A stretch of DNA of 64,000 nt, from the NCBI GenBank assembly GCA_964016885.1, contig OZ024743.1:279000001-279064000 (forward strand), read 5' to 3'. The notes under the pieces are model-generated. The model ran no database searches and was not told the origin of the DNA. It saw nothing but the letters and a program-made list of their open reading frames with translations. The position numbers and the translations under genes were made by a program. Origin of the DNA: Eledone cirrhosa (taxonomy: Eukaryota). This document shows, piece after piece, positions 30,311 through 45,202 of the stretch (its first letter is position 1; each line of letters begins with the position of its first letter).

Positions 30311-30771
30311 TTAGAAAATGTGTGTAATCCTTGGTACAGTTAGGTATATTAAGACAGGGGGGAAGAAAAAATGGCTTCACTTGTGCTTTCAACAAATTTA
30401 TTTTCTTCACAAAATCCAAAAAGAATTTTTCTTAAAAAAAATGATTTTATAAATTAAGTTGTTGGTTGTTGGTTAGGTCTTAGGAGTTCTTGGTTAACGT
30501 AGGAGGTATTGTTTCGTTTTTAGAAAGACCTTTCACGCTGAGGTGCGCTTGTCAAACTGTTCAGTTTGACAAGCGCACCTCAGCGTGAAAGGTCTTTCTA
30601 AAAACGAAACAATACCTCCTACGTTAACCAAGAACTCCTAAGACCTAACCAACAACCAACAACTTAATTTATAAAATCATTTTTTTTAAGAAAAATTCTT
30701 TTTGGATTTTGTGAAGAAAATAAATTTGTTGAAAGCACAAGTGAAGCCATTTTTTCTTCCCCCCTGTCTTA

Positions 30772-30776
<5 letters not shown>
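30311..30776. repeat. Perfect 215-bp-arm palindrome plus ~35 bp tail (fold-back family C)
   Basis: 30345-30559 is the reverse complement of 30562-30776, with spacer 'tt'. Unpaired 30311-30344; inside (TA)n. Confidence 0.95.
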
Positions 30777-30811
<35 letters not shown>

Positions 30812-32835
30812 GTATATATTTATATATATATATATATATTAAATATGTGTGTGTGTGTGCAGTTACAGCTAAGTAAGAGTATTCCAATAAAACCAACATC
30901 AATAGAAACAATAGCAATATCAATAACACTTTCTCACATTAGTACCAAGACCACATCTTTGTTATAGAGAAATGGTATATAGTAGTAGACTGAATCTAGC
31001 ACATGACATGATTAGTAGTTCATGTTTACTATCACCGAGGGACGAAACGCAAAGACGATCTCAGCAAAATGTATACTCAGAAATTATCAGGATGAAATTG
31101 ATTTCTGTGAGATGTGTTGTTATTTTTTTTTATTTAATCACATCACGGCAGTGGGTTGACAGTATCGGCAAATCAGTTACGACTTTCTACGTTCCATGTT
31201 CAAATCCCGTCCATGATATACTTTCTTTCCCTCCTTTTGAAGTCGGTGAATCTAAGTACCAATTATATGTTAAGAGACGGGTATGTGAGTGAAAGGGGAC
31301 ATAACTGTGGCTCTTTACAAACTAAGTTTGAATATAGAAATTGTAAGTTTTTTAGATAGTGTATGTTAAGTACTGGAGTCAATATAATCGCCTTTGTCCC
31401 TCCTCGAAACTGCTAGCTTTGTGACAATGTACGAAATAATTATTTAACCGTATAATCAATGAAGGAATAGAAACGCCTACGGTCGTTTTTAAGGCTTCCC
31501 TAATGGAAGTAAAAAAGTTTGTTATTCTCAAACTGGAGACCAGGTTCGAATGTTTGCAACAGAATGAATGAATGTCACTCAAGGTACCCACACACCAGTT
31601 GGTTAAACCTGGTGACAAATTAGTTCTGTTGTTGTTTAACACCGAGTGAACAGTGATTCAGAAGATTTATGAACAAAAGCCATCCATGAAGAAACTGTGA
31701 TTTTAGGAATGCGCGACTCTATATTATTTAATGTAACGTTCCTTAGTAAGAGTGATATTTGATAGTAAGAAAATTATGGAAATGTTATCGAAAGATAGTT
31801 CACATTCCATATACAAAGCATCGAACTATAGTTGATATTAATGTAGGTATTATTATGAAGACCGCAAGCCTTAGGTTTTATGTGAAAAAATGTAATAAAG
31901 GTGGGATTTAAAGTCGATTAAATTTATTCGAAAACACATCCTTATTAGTTAAAGAGTTATGAAGTTATGGAGTCAAGTGTGATCAACACCAATGTCAAAC
32001 TCTTGGCATCGAACAATCTTTCCTGAACATATATCTCTAAAAAGATTCTTAAATGTAGTTCATGACTAAATATTTTATTGTAAAATCAAAATTGTTACAC
32101 TTATCGAAACAGTCTCTATGGCACTACGTTTATTGTGGTAGCATAGTCAAATGGTTAAAAAGTGTGCCTCTAAATCCCGGTGTTATGGCATTGATACGGC
32201 GCTAATAGCAAGAACAAGAGTGACATTCGTTCATGTATGCTAGGATAAACAAAAATAGTTTTGAAAAAAGGCAGTTTAGACTGTTACTAGTGACGCAGAA
32301 AAACTGGACATGTGCATATTCACACCAAACAAAGTAGTCTAACAGACGTATGAGAAGGGAAACAGTTTCTTATTGTCCAATCAACATATTTATGAGTTGC
32401 AAAGAGGAAGATCCCATGTTTGTACATAAGAGAGAATGGGCGGGATTTTAAGACGCTTGAAAAAATGAAACTGGGGCTGAGCACTGCGTGTGCACAGTCA
32501 TTCGGTATACAAGGAGACAAGATCAATAAGACAGCATTCTTTGTCTTTAGAATTGATAGCATCGTGTTGTGAGTGATCGGCTTTCGGGTTATGTGGAGTC
32601 AGACATTATTGCCATTACTCCAACGTCAACATGATAGGATTTCATCTTTGCTCAAATTTAGTTGTAGTTGTACCATAGCCACAAGTGACACATAGAGAAC
32701 GGCCTTCAGATATGAGTTCTAGCTGCAAATATGTTAAGAATTAACGGTCTCGGTTGATGCACAGTTTTCTTTTAGGCAAAGTATATAATCCTAATTGCAC
32801 CTGGCACGGTTTCCCTCATATAGAAGATTAAATCA

Positions 32836-32985
32836 TAATTTTTTCTACATTTGGCACAAGGCCCACAATTATCCCAATGCATTACTGGTGCTTTATTTTA
32901 TCGAACCCGTAAGGATGAATGGCAAAGTCAACCTCGGCGTGATTTGGACTCAGAACGCTAAGTGTAGGACAAAATGCCGTGAACA
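32836..32985 (-). mobile_element. SINE copy (further fragments at ~4832-4902, 14152-14220, 31148-31262, 50325-50510, 60672-60870)
   Basis: ggcacaaggcc..caatt / tttatcgaccc..aaggatgaaaggcaaagtcaacctcggc motifs. Confidence 0.75.
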
Positions 32986-33717
32986 ATTACTTTCTATTCT
33001 TTAAGATCTAAGTTCAAAAGCCACAGATGTCGGTTTTGTTTTTATCCTTCCGAGGTAGATGAAATATATAGCAGTCAAGTCCTGGAGTTAATATAATCAA
33101 TTTTCACTGACAGCCATCTGTTTAAATCGGAAACTATTATCTTTATTATTATCGATAGAGCATTTGAAAAATTGTAAGCAGAATTTGTTTCAGCTCTTTA
33201 TTTTCCAAGTACAAATCCCACCGTGTTCAATTTTACCTTCTGTCCTTTCGATGTCAATAAAATAGTACCACTCACGTCTTGGCGTCGATATTGGAGACTT
33301 TCACTTTCACAAAATTGCTGGTTTTGTGCCTACGACACAATATATCCATATTCCTGGAAGTATCATCAATTAAATATTTTCGCGCTTAATTTTAAATTCA
33401 ATAAATTCAGTTAGAGCTTCATGGTTAGCTCCCAGGAAAAAATTTTTGTTTCTGTTATGCTATTGCAATTGATAGCTTTCAACTGTTTCAGGAATAATAC
33501 TCTCTACATCCCTCTCTATCTCTATCTATTTACACGGTTTTCTCCTTCTTCATGTCTTTCTCGCTATACAAACATACATACAATATATAACACGGCGTTA
33601 GCTAACAGCGGCTCGCAACAAATCACTTACTCTCCCAATAACAACAACAGCAATAAGAAAAATAAATCGTAACAATAGACAAACTATCTGGTTCTCTCCT
33701 CTCTTCTCATTCAACGT

Positions 33718-34632
33718 TAAAACTAATGTAGGAAAAATTTGTTTAGCCCTGTTTGATAGACATTTTCCCATAGGTCACAAATACCGCTCCATCTTTAACA
33801 GACACAGAGTAAAACTAGGGTCCTCCTGCGCTAAGAATATGAAGGCCCACTTCAACAACGGCCCTAAGAGCAGCACCCCACCAGGGTGCTCTTGACGAAA
33901 GCCTGAAGTTTGTCCCCTTCAACAGCAACACATCCGCTGTAGTTTCTGAAGCTCTGGTTACTTCCAGCCGACCAAATCAACCACAGGAGGTCAAACCCTA
34001 TGTGGGTATGGCGGAGGACCGATTTAAGGAACGCTTCCTGAACCAGCAGTCGACCTTAAGTTGCCCGGAAAAACGATCAACCACGAAACACTCGAGCCAT
34101 ATATGGTCCCTCAAGGACTCAAGTATAGACTACTCCATTCAATGGAAAGCCATCACTAAGTCCAAGCCATACGCAAGGAACAATCCGTCTTGTGGACTGT
34201 GTATTGATGAACGGATAAATATTCTAACGAGATTACGTAATATCGATTGGCTAAACTCAAGAAATGAAATCTTCACTCGTTGTCCACGTGTCTGGGAAAA
34301 CCTCTTACATAATTACAAAGCTCCGGATTGAATAACAACAAAATTCTAATTTTCTTATCAACTCGAACTACTTTTCGGACTTTCGCAGTTATCTCCCTTA
34401 CACCTTTCGCCCGTGGCATTGTATCACTTGGGTGAAGTGACTGTTTCTGCGCATGCGCGTTCATGCGATTATTCTTCCTATACCGTATAACCATGACCAG
34501 TCCGAGCTGAAGATTCGCGAAGATGAAACAATTGTTATCGGTATGGTGAACTAATGGTTGTGTTACCACTTCTACCTAACTCGTACCATGGACTGAGTGC
34601 TCTACCACTACGGATATTACCTTCCAGTGTTC
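33718..34632 (+). mobile_element. Truncated Penelope-like element (second subtype) with 3' pLTR HHR
   Basis: Reads 'TNVGKICLALFDRHFPIGHKYRSIFNRHRVKL..CAKNM' at ~33722, then 'YVGMAEDRFKERF...HIWSLKD...CGLCIDE...LNSRNEIFTRC' (GIY-YIG). Contains a stop and frameshifts. HHR at 34502-34541. Confidence 0.85.
34502..34541 (+). ncRNA. Minimal hammerhead ribozyme with palindromic loop III
   Basis: ccgag-CTGAAGA-ttcgcgaagat-GAAA-caattg-TT-atcgg, ~170 bp downstream of the GIY-YIG stop. Confidence 0.7.
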
Positions 34633-35095
<463 letters not shown>

Positions 35096-35177
35096 TATAT
35101 ATATATATATATAAAACTCACTATCTAGGGATATGATCTAAGTAAGGGAAGGATGAATTTATCCCTAATAATAATAA

Positions 35178-35583
35178 TAATTTCTACTTTTAGACACAAG
35201 GCCAGAACATTTGGAGGATGGGAAAGTCGATTAGATCGACCACAGTTCATTACTGGTACTTTATCGACCGCGTAAGGATGAAAGGCAAAGCTAATATCGG
35301 CGGATTAGGAACTCTAAACGTAAAGGGTCATAACTCTCAGCTGCGAAGCAAGGTTTTCCACGCTCTACCTATACTACCAATCCATAATAATAATAATAAT
35401 TGTTTCTACTTTTGGCACAAGGCCAGCAATTATTCCAGTACATTACTGGTACTTTATTTTATCGACCCCGTAAGGATGAAAGGCAAAGTTAACCTCGGCG
35501 GGATTTGAACTTAGATTATATAGGGACGTAACTATGCTGGAAAGCATGTCCGACACACTACCAATACTGCCAACTACCGCCCT
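35178..35583 (-). mobile_element. Two tandem SINE copies (35178-35383, 35399-35583)
   Basis: Family sequence occurs twice, separated by (AAT)n. Confidence 0.85.
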
Positions 35584-35589
35584 ATAATA

Positions 35590-35965
35590 ATAATGATTTC
35601 AGTTATTGGTCACAAGAGCCGACACGTAGGGGACAATCCAAAGACACGGACAGTGGGGGTTTTCAATAAGATTGAATAAAAATGCACAATTACAAAAATA
35701 AATTTTTTTATTGCAAAGACAATAGAAATGAGAAAAGGGTTAAAGTTCACATAGGTATACAAAGTATAACATCATATAAGGCATTTAGTCTCCCTGGTAC
35801 AAAGAGCTGTGTACTTAAGCCTAATTGAGAAACCCTACAGCGCCACACTCACACTGACCACCAAAAGCGAATGCCCTCTCACTATAGGTGTCCGACCTAC
35901 AGGCAAAATCTGAGAGTAGACTTGTTCATACGTGCTATTTTCACTACATTCATCTACCTTATGTT
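35590..35965 (-). mobile_element. Third L1/Tx1-type LINE 3' end
   Basis: Minus 35953-35897 reads MNVVKIARMNKSTLRFCL*, aligning with VNVTRIARVNGPNLSMHL*; followed by a UTR-like segment. Confidence 0.6.
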
Positions 35966-36338
35966 AAAAATAATGGAGGAGATAAAACCTGCGTCCAATT
36001 TTGAATAACAGTTATTTATATTATAGTTCATTTAGACAACTAAAATGGAGTGGGTGGGATAGAGGGAAGTGGAACAGATGGAAGCTGTGGTAAGAAGAAA
36101 CAGATAGAAAGAGGGACAGGCAAAGAGAGGAACGGGGATTTATAGAGGTTGACTGATAGGCGGATTGACAAATTTGGAAAGAAAAGAAATAGAAAAGAGA
36201 GGAAGAAGATAGATATGGTTTTGATGACAGGGTAAAAGAAAGAAGTACAAACGATAGAAAGTGGCAAAGAATGAATTAAAAAAACTTAAACCAGAAGCTT
36301 TACGAAAGAAACATACACAAGTACATGCACTCGCAAAC

Positions 36339-36371
<33 letters not shown>

Positions 36372-36388
36372 CATATATATACATATAC

Positions 36389-36446
<58 letters not shown>

Positions 36447-36449
<3 letters not shown>

Positions 36450-36545
36450 GCACATATATATATATACGCACATATATATATATATATATAAAGGTATATG
36501 TATATGTAAGTATGTGTATATATATATCGATATACTATGAAATAG

Positions 36546-36580
<35 letters not shown>

Positions 36581-36680
36581 GCACATATATATATATACGC
36601 ACATATATATATATATATATATATAAAGGTATATGTATATGTAAGTATGTGTTTATATATATCGATATACTATGAAATAG

Positions 36681-36715
<35 letters not shown>

Positions 36716-36791
36716 GCACATATATATATATATATAAAGGTATATGTATATGTAAGTATGTGTTTATATATTTCGATATACTATGAAATAG

Positions 36792-36830
<39 letters not shown>

Positions 36831-36952
36831 GCACATATATATATATATACGCACATATATATATATATATATAAAGGTATATGTATATGTAAGTATGTGT
36901 TTATATATATCGATATACTATGAAATAGATTATATATATATATATATATATA
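36447..36952 (+). repeat. ~135-bp tandem repeat x4 built from TA-microsatellite blocks
   Basis: Unit: cgcaca(TA)n aaggtatatgtatatgtaagtatgtgtttatatatatcgatatactatgaaatagat(TA)n. Confidence 0.9.
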
Positions 36953-37307
36953 CATATAACGATGAGCAAAAAGGGGCAGCGTGTGCTGTAGTGTAACAAC
37001 CTGAAATATAAACAGGTTCTTCGACATACGTATGTTATATAAAGAGAAAAGTGTTAGAGAGAGGGAGAGAGGGAGAGAGAGAGAAAGAGAGAGATAGGGA
37101 GATAGGGAGTGAGAGAGAGGGGGATGTATGAAAGAAAAATAGAAAAGATTAGCAAAAATAAGGAAATAATACCTGCAAGCTATGATCCATTACAGAACAG
37201 AGCCTTTCAATTATGGTTATTTGAGGTAAAAATTAGTCTTGAAACATTGTCGCTTCGAAACCTGTTCTTTGCAGAAATTCATGAAGAAGGTTCCCTATTT
37301 TTGGACA

Positions 37308-37407
<100 letters not shown>

Positions 37408-37475
37408 CATTTATCTTCTTATTTACTGAACTTTCTGCACACACACACACACTCACACGCACACTCACTCTCACG

Positions 37476-37552
<77 letters not shown>

Positions 37553-37599
37553 GTTAGAAAGAGTTGGCTGATCTCTTGGGGATTTAACGCCTAGTTATT

Positions 37600-37727
37600 G
37601 TCTGTGTCTAAAACAGGCTGTTCAAAGGGCAACAGCTCAACCGTCGGGCCCCGAATCTTTCTAATACAGTCTCACTCTACTATCCCAAATATCGAGTACT
37701 TTGTTTAATACTGTTTTATTCCTATTC

Positions 37728-37730
<3 letters not shown>
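37600..37730 (+). mobile_element. Old family A remnant
   Basis: cagctcaaccgtcgggcccc...cactctactatcccaaatatcgagtactttg resembles family A; ends in (TA)n. Confidence 0.5.
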
Positions 37731-37788
<58 letters not shown>

Positions 37789-37919
37789 GCGTGTGTGTTT
37801 GTGGGTGTATTTATACACACAGCCCTATATATATATATATATATATATTCATACATGCATCTCTATATAATTAGCTATCTATATATTGACACACATACAC
37901 TCTCATGTATATATATGTA

Positions 37920-37975
<56 letters not shown>

Positions 37976-37984
37976 TGTGTGTTG

Positions 37985-38024
<40 letters not shown>

Positions 38025-38290
38025 CACACACATATATTAATAGCCGCAAGCAGTAATTGTTGTGAGGCTTCCCACCACCAAGTTTTCTGATCTACAGCTA
38101 TTCAGATGTCTTGCACACATTCATGCATATATACGTACTCATATGTATATATATAATAAGAGAGAAGTGACCTCATACAGACAAAAACACATACGTACAG
38201 CTATATATACACACACTATAATGGAATATTCATAGCTAAGATATGTTTTATTTGAAAACGTCTTGCTACGCGTGTAGAGGACCGCAATAT

Positions 38291-38345
<55 letters not shown>

Positions 38346-38346
<1 letters not shown>

Positions 38347-38529
38347 CAAAGGAAATGTAGTAAGGTACCAGATGGACCATAACGCACCAGAGTACTCAAT
38401 ACTTAGGGTAGTAGAGTGGGAAATAGGAAAAAAGTAGGACCCCAACGGCAGAGCTCAAGCCGTTTCGACGGCTATTTATGGACACAATAATTGGCTTGAG
38501 CTCTGCCGTCGGGGTCATACTTTTTCCTA

Positions 38530-38530
<1 letters not shown>
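38346..38530 (-). mobile_element. Fold-back element, family A
   Basis: Same tail (on the left) and palindrome as 8410/45687; centre differs. Confidence 0.8.
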
Positions 38531-38592
<62 letters not shown>

Positions 38593-38845
38593 TTATATAT
38601 ATATATATATATATATGTCCATGACTGTGTATATTTACATATGTACATAACATGTATATTTTCTTTATATTAATATGTATATATATATATATATACAGAT
38701 ATACATATATATATATATATATATACATATATGTGCGTGTGTGTGAGCAGGTACATAATTATTATAACTTTTACACATACAACACACAGATGCACACAGA
38801 CACACAATCACATAGTTATTACTTACTACTCACATACATATATAT

Positions 38846-38925
<80 letters not shown>

Positions 38926-38967
38926 GCATTTATACATACATACATATATATATATATATACAAACAT

Positions 38968-39014
<47 letters not shown>

Positions 39015-39636
39015 AACATACATACATATATATATATATTAATACATACACACATACAAACATACATACCTACATGCAAACATACATACATGCATACGTA
39101 CATTCATACAAACATACATTCATGCATACATACGTATATACTATATATTAATACATACACACATATATACAAATATACATACACACATATATACAAATAT
39201 ACATACATACATATATACGTACATACATACAAACATACATTCATACCTACCTACCTACCTACCTACCTATATACATACATACATAAAAATGTCGCCCTTG
39301 CGCTGTAGGCGATCTAACTTCATTCTGATTACGCCCGTATTTTCTATCTTTCATATTATTTGATATTCGCTCAAGGTGAATATCATAATTTCTGAGCATT
39401 TATCAATTTGCCTCTATTTTGGTCCTCTGTTATACTGTCCACTCATCGTTCTACTTGTCTTATAGTCTCTCACCCTTGTCCCTCTTTCCTTTCGCCCATT
39501 GCCAAACGCTCTCCATCATTTTCTTTCAATCCCACCTTCTACACCCCCACACACACAGTCACATATACACATACGTGCACGCACATACACAGAGGCATAT
39601 ATATATATACATATATATATTTTTATATATATAATT

Positions 39637-39694
<58 letters not shown>

Positions 39695-39697
<3 letters not shown>

Positions 39698-39920
39698 GAG
39701 CTTCTACAGGACTAGAACTGTTTAATTCGTGAGAAATCATCAGGAAGCTGGCTGTCCACGTACGTGTCCATTTACGTGGACTGCCAGCTTCCTGATGATT
39801 TCTTACGAATGAAACACCTCTAGTCCTGTAGAAGCTCTTCTATATTAAAACTTTTATTCGCTGCTATGTATTGAGTACCTTACTTACTGTGGTTACCCCC
39901 GATTCAGCCCGGAATAACTT
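39695..39920 (+). mobile_element. Fold-back element, family D, with two inverted HHR copies
   Basis: 39695-39768 is inverted relative to 39772-39845; tail to 39920; (TA)n flanks. Confidence 0.8.
39786..39836 (+). ncRNA. Type I hammerhead ribozyme, complete core
   Basis: agcttc-CTGATGA-tttc ttac gaat-GAAA-ca cctctagtcc tg-TA-gaagct. Stem I is agcttc/gaagct; GUA cleavage triplet ends at 39830. Confidence 0.8.
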
Positions 39921-39999
39921 ATATATTTATATGTATATAATATATATATATAAATATATATATATATTTATAAATATATATAAATATATATATACATAC

Positions 40000-40094
<95 letters not shown>

Positions 40095-40547
40095 TATACA
40101 TATGTATATATACATATATATATCCATATGTATATGTATGTGAATGTGTAAATATACACAGGCTGACACACAGACATGTGTGTGCGTGTGTGCGTGTTGA
40201 TTTAAGAAACACTCGGAAAACGTCTAACGCACACATTTCCAGTTTAAAAGTTAACCGCTTTGCTTAGAGTTAAAACTATAGGCTTAAAACTTAGTATAGA
40301 AACACAATATAGAATTATTCACCAGTTGTATTTTAACCTTAGTGTCAATGACCCCCTAGCATTTTTGAGATGCAGGATTCGATTTTTCAGAGGTACCTTT
40401 GTGAAATTTCTTCTCGTTGGATGTTTATTCGAATTTTCCTCTATAATTTATATTCAATTATTATTACGGACATTTGTTTAAGACGCACGTATTCCAAAAT
40501 GAAAAGCTTGTAATGCTTCTTAAATCAATATGAGCCTCCCCAAGTAT

Positions 40548-40587
<40 letters not shown>

Positions 40588-40589
<2 letters not shown>

Positions 40590-40783
40590 CGAAGGAAATG
40601 TGGTAAGGAACCAGGTGGACCATAACGCACCAAAGTACTCAATACTTAGGGTAGTAGAGTGGGAAATAGGAACAAGTAAGACCCCGACGACTGAGCTCAA
40701 GCCGTTTCGACTGCTAATTCTGAATCCCAGAATTAGCCGTCGAAACGGCTTGAGCTCAGCCGTCGGGGTCTTACTTGTTCCTA
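40588..40783 (-). mobile_element. Fold-back element, family A
   Basis: Tail on the left; palindrome centred at ~40722-40727; (TA)n both sides. Confidence 0.8.
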
Positions 40784-41015
40784 TATATATATAAATATAT
40801 ATATATACATGTATATATAAATAATTTATTTATTAGAAACGTTGAGTAATGAGAAGTTGGGGAATTTGAAAGAAGCACCAACAATGTCTTACTAATAAGA
40901 ATAATCTCATAAGTTGTATATATAAAAAATGAAGACGGCAGACATTTGTACTGTATCCTCCATGGGTTTCGGACAAATGCCTGCAATATACCACACACAC
41001 ACACACACACACACA

Positions 41016-41046
<31 letters not shown>

Positions 41047-41243
41047 GGTACGTATGTGAATAACTATAGTTTGAAAGTGTCATGTGGCTTCAAACTTGCA
41101 TATCTGATCAGATGTCGATATAAAATACTGCGCCAATCATTATGATCGTACACTGAGCTGATCGTCATCAAAACAATTGTCATATGCTAACAAAGTTTAT
41201 ATATAGTACAGCCTGGACATCGTTCCTGCTTACTAATATATAT

Positions 41244-41437
<194 letters not shown>

Positions 41438-41864
41438 ATGTGTCTGTGTGTGTCTGTGTGTGTATGTGTGTATAGATATATCATGCTCAATGGCAGTAAA
41501 CGCTGCTTGGAATCGAATTCATGATGTTACGATAGCGAGCTGCTCTCCCCTATTAACAATCCTAGTGGATTCACCTTGTTTCACGTTTCTCTAGTCTACC
41601 TCTCTGGAAACAATGAGTCGTACCATTAATTCAATGGACCAGCTTTGTCACTCATTGTCATGGGGATCTCCCCGAGAACTGTGATGAGGGTACACGTGTC
41701 TGTTGACTGCCCAGTCAGTTGCACGCTAACTTTACGCTCGCTTTTGACCACATGACTCTACCTTCATCTTACCTATTCTCTTTCCCTCTCTTTACCCTTG
41801 GATGACAAAAACGTCGATGTCGAAAGTTGTAACACGGAAACTTCAGAGGCCTGTCGTATATATA

Positions 41865-42002
41865 TGAGCTCCGGCTGTTTTGACAGCTAGATCTGAACAC
41901 GCGTCCGGATCTAGCTGTCGAAACGTCCGGAGCTCAGCCGTCGGCATCCTGACTCTTTTTCTATTACCCACTCTACTACTCTTAGTATTGAGTACTCTGG
42001 TT
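41865..42002 (+). mobile_element. Diverged family A fold-back element
   Basis: gacagctagatc...gatctagctgtc-GAAA-cgtccggagctcagcc-GTC, then ctattacccactctactactcttagtattgagtact, then (TA)n. Confidence 0.7.
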
Positions 42003-42037
42003 ATATATATATATATATATATATACATACATACATG

Positions 42038-42092
<55 letters not shown>

Positions 42093-42729
42093 ATACGTGT
42101 GTGTGTGTGTATCTGTACACTTTTCGTAGCTTGGCGGTCAGACAAAAATTCAAACATACTGGGCACAATATGATCGACTTTTAGTTAATGCCCCTGTATT
42201 GCTGCATTTTAACGAAAAAAATATATTCTATATATTGTACTTCTTAAAGGTATAAAAGTGCATAGGATCACCAGGATCACGTGATTTTTTTCTGATACGA
42301 AAAACGAATCTTCGCTCAACAGCCACCCTAAAGCGATGATTTGCGAAACTGGTGCTTATTTCCGGTTTCCTGTGGTGCTCAATGAATAATAGAGGCATAT
42401 TAGCGTTGGAATGGCAAAATAATAAATTCCTAATTTCATTTCCTTGACTGGTCAGTTATTAAATATCCTGCTGAGTACACCAAGGAAAATAGTACGAAAT
42501 AACCCTTTGATAAATGTATATTATACTTTGCCTGAAGCGTAATTCGAACTCATAAACTAATCAGGTAAAACAGATCTGACCCTCCTGTCATTGAAACATT
42601 AAATAGATCTCACCATCTTGCCCTCAACACTTGCGTTATTCATTTGATCATAAAGATATCACCGTCAAAGAAACTGAACATATGGCGAAAGTAAATCCGT
42701 GAATGTATCAGGTAAAGTATGTATATTGT

Positions 42730-42890
42730 TGCAGGCCTGGTTCTGTGGTTAAAAATTTCATTCCGCAACCACGATTTTCAAAGTTCAATCCCCAACATAG
42801 ACGTGTCTCTTTTACTGTAGCCTTTATTTGTACCAGTACTCACTAAGTAGAATTTTGTTAACGAAAAATGTGCTGAGGTTCGTCTGTGCG
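42730..42890 (+). mobile_element. Old, different tRNA-derived SINE (related remnants at ~20810-20930 and 51415-51540, minus)
   Basis: Degenerate A/B boxes (gtggttaa...gttcaatccc) and a shared 3' body. Confidence 0.5.
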
Positions 42891-43686
42891 GCTCTGTGTC
42901 CGTGCTTGTATTCCTGTTAAACCGCTGTAAACAGGGTTTTTTCCACGCATTATCCATCGTACAACTTTGAAGAAAGTATTGGAACGGTGGGATGGATTAA
43001 AACTCTAGAAAACAGTTAATTAATATTTTTTTAAGATTCCCTAAATTAAGTTGTTACATCTATCACAACATTTTCGATCACACTTTTACTTCCTCTACGT
43101 TGTTTAACTCAACGTTAGTCTTGATTGTGTTGACCTATAATGAAATACACTCATTCAATGACAACTCTGCCTTTGTTTCTTAGTTATCTAGGCAGCGAAT
43201 TAGCACAATCGATACTCGGATACCTCGGATTCAATGTTTCACGGTGTTCATTTCGCTTTGAGTTTAAATCCCACCCAGGTCAACTTTGACGCAGTGGATA
43301 GATGAAATGCAATTCTTGTACTCGGTTGATTCCTTCTGTATAATACTTCGTCATTTCAGACCCTCTCTATGTTTTTCTTTATCTGGAAGAAATCGGCTGT
43401 TTTTAGCCTAAAGAATGATGGACTCTGACAGATTTACATGCCCAGAACGCAGAGTGTATTGTTAGAGGTGTCTCTACGATTTAATCAAACGTTAAGGTCC
43501 CCTCACATCACATGATATATCTATATTATTAGATTCTGTCTTTGAAGAAGGAAGTTTCTGACATAAGGGAGATATCACAGCTATTTCTAGCAATATCACC
43601 ATCATGTCTGAAGGAGAATTCAACGTCGTGTTGATTTAATACTTGAAATATATACACATAAGCAGAGAGAGAGAGAGAGAGAGAGA

Positions 43687-43744
<58 letters not shown>

Positions 43745-43949
43745 GAGAGAGGAAGAGAGAGGGAGAGAGAGACACACACACAAGAGATATACATAACAGA
43801 TATGCGTTTGTGTACGTGTGTCTGTGTGTGTGTTTGTGTTTGTGTGGATGTGTGCAATGGAGGTACGGCACATATCTCTATTTGGGTTCATTAATACATT
43901 AACATGTGTATCTATTTGTCTTTACATATTCTTTCTCAGTATATAAAGG

Positions 43950-44070
43950 AAGATGCATAGCTTAGCGGTTAAGGTGTTCGGCTCACCGAGTTGGGTTCGC
44001 GAATTAGGTTGTTTCGTTGATCAAACAACTATAACGCTCATCGTCGGAACCGACGTAGGTTAAACAACAT
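43950..44070 (+). mobile_element. Short SINE-like element (3' part repeated at 46815-46880)
   Basis: A-box-like tagcttagcggttaagg; shared tgtttcgttgatcaaacaactata..ctcat.gtcggaaccga.gtaggttaaa. Confidence 0.55.
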
Positions 44071-44411
44071 ACAAATATGTGGGATTTAGAGTGTGTGTGC
44101 TTCTTTCTTCTGTCCTATCGATGCACATGTGTGGCTGGGTGTTGCGGATGGAAAGCTAGGGGATGTCTCCCACGATATATTTGCCCACGGGTAATTAACA
44201 TAAGGGCTGCAGCTAACCAAGTTTTAATTAAATGACAAGATGTTTGACCTCCTCTGGGTCAACATTACAAAAGCTAACAGCGGTAAAACTGTCCACAGAC
44301 GTCTATTTTCAGTTTTAACAGTCTATACGTTGGAGTGTGTGTGCGAGATGGGGGGGGGGGGGTATTGTGAACAATATAAATGAAGTGGGCAGTGTAAAAG
44401 GGTTTGCAGAT

Positions 44412-44452
<41 letters not shown>

Positions 44453-44492
44453 TACACACGCATACACACAAACACACAAACATACACAAACG

Positions 44493-44527
<35 letters not shown>

Positions 44528-44565
44528 TTATATATATATATGTATCAATTTATATATATATAAGT

Positions 44566-44611
<46 letters not shown>

Positions 44612-44755
44612 GTATATAGATATATATATAGATATACATATATAAATGATGACCCTGTATTAAACAGGTGAAACTCCAGAGTAATAAGACTCACTATTTA
44701 GCCTTGATAAATGAAGAGAGAGCGAGACAGAGAGAGAGAGAGTGAGGGGGGGGAT

Positions 44756-44788
<33 letters not shown>

Positions 44789-45171
44789 GAGAGAGTGAGG
44801 GGGGATAGAGAGAGAGAGAGAGAGAGAGGGGGAGGGATAGAGAGAGAGAGAGAGCGAGAGAGAGAGAGAGAGAGAGTAGAGTAAGTAAGAGGGAGTTAAG
44901 GAGATAGAAGTAGTGAAGAGGTCAAGTAGACAGTCCGATGAGGTAATGGGGTGGGATGAAGAATAAGAGCTGTATAAGAGAAGGGATGAGAAGGGAACAC
45001 TGCAAGCATAAGATAAGATGGGAGTGAATAAAAATTTGAGCAGGGACATAATATAGGGAGTGGTTTAGAGAAGGAACAAGGTCAGTGGGTCAAACACGAA
45101 TAATGTATAAGGTATTACCATATATGTATATAACAGGGGCTATGTTTATGTACATACAAACACACACCCAG

Positions 45172-45202
<31 letters not shown>

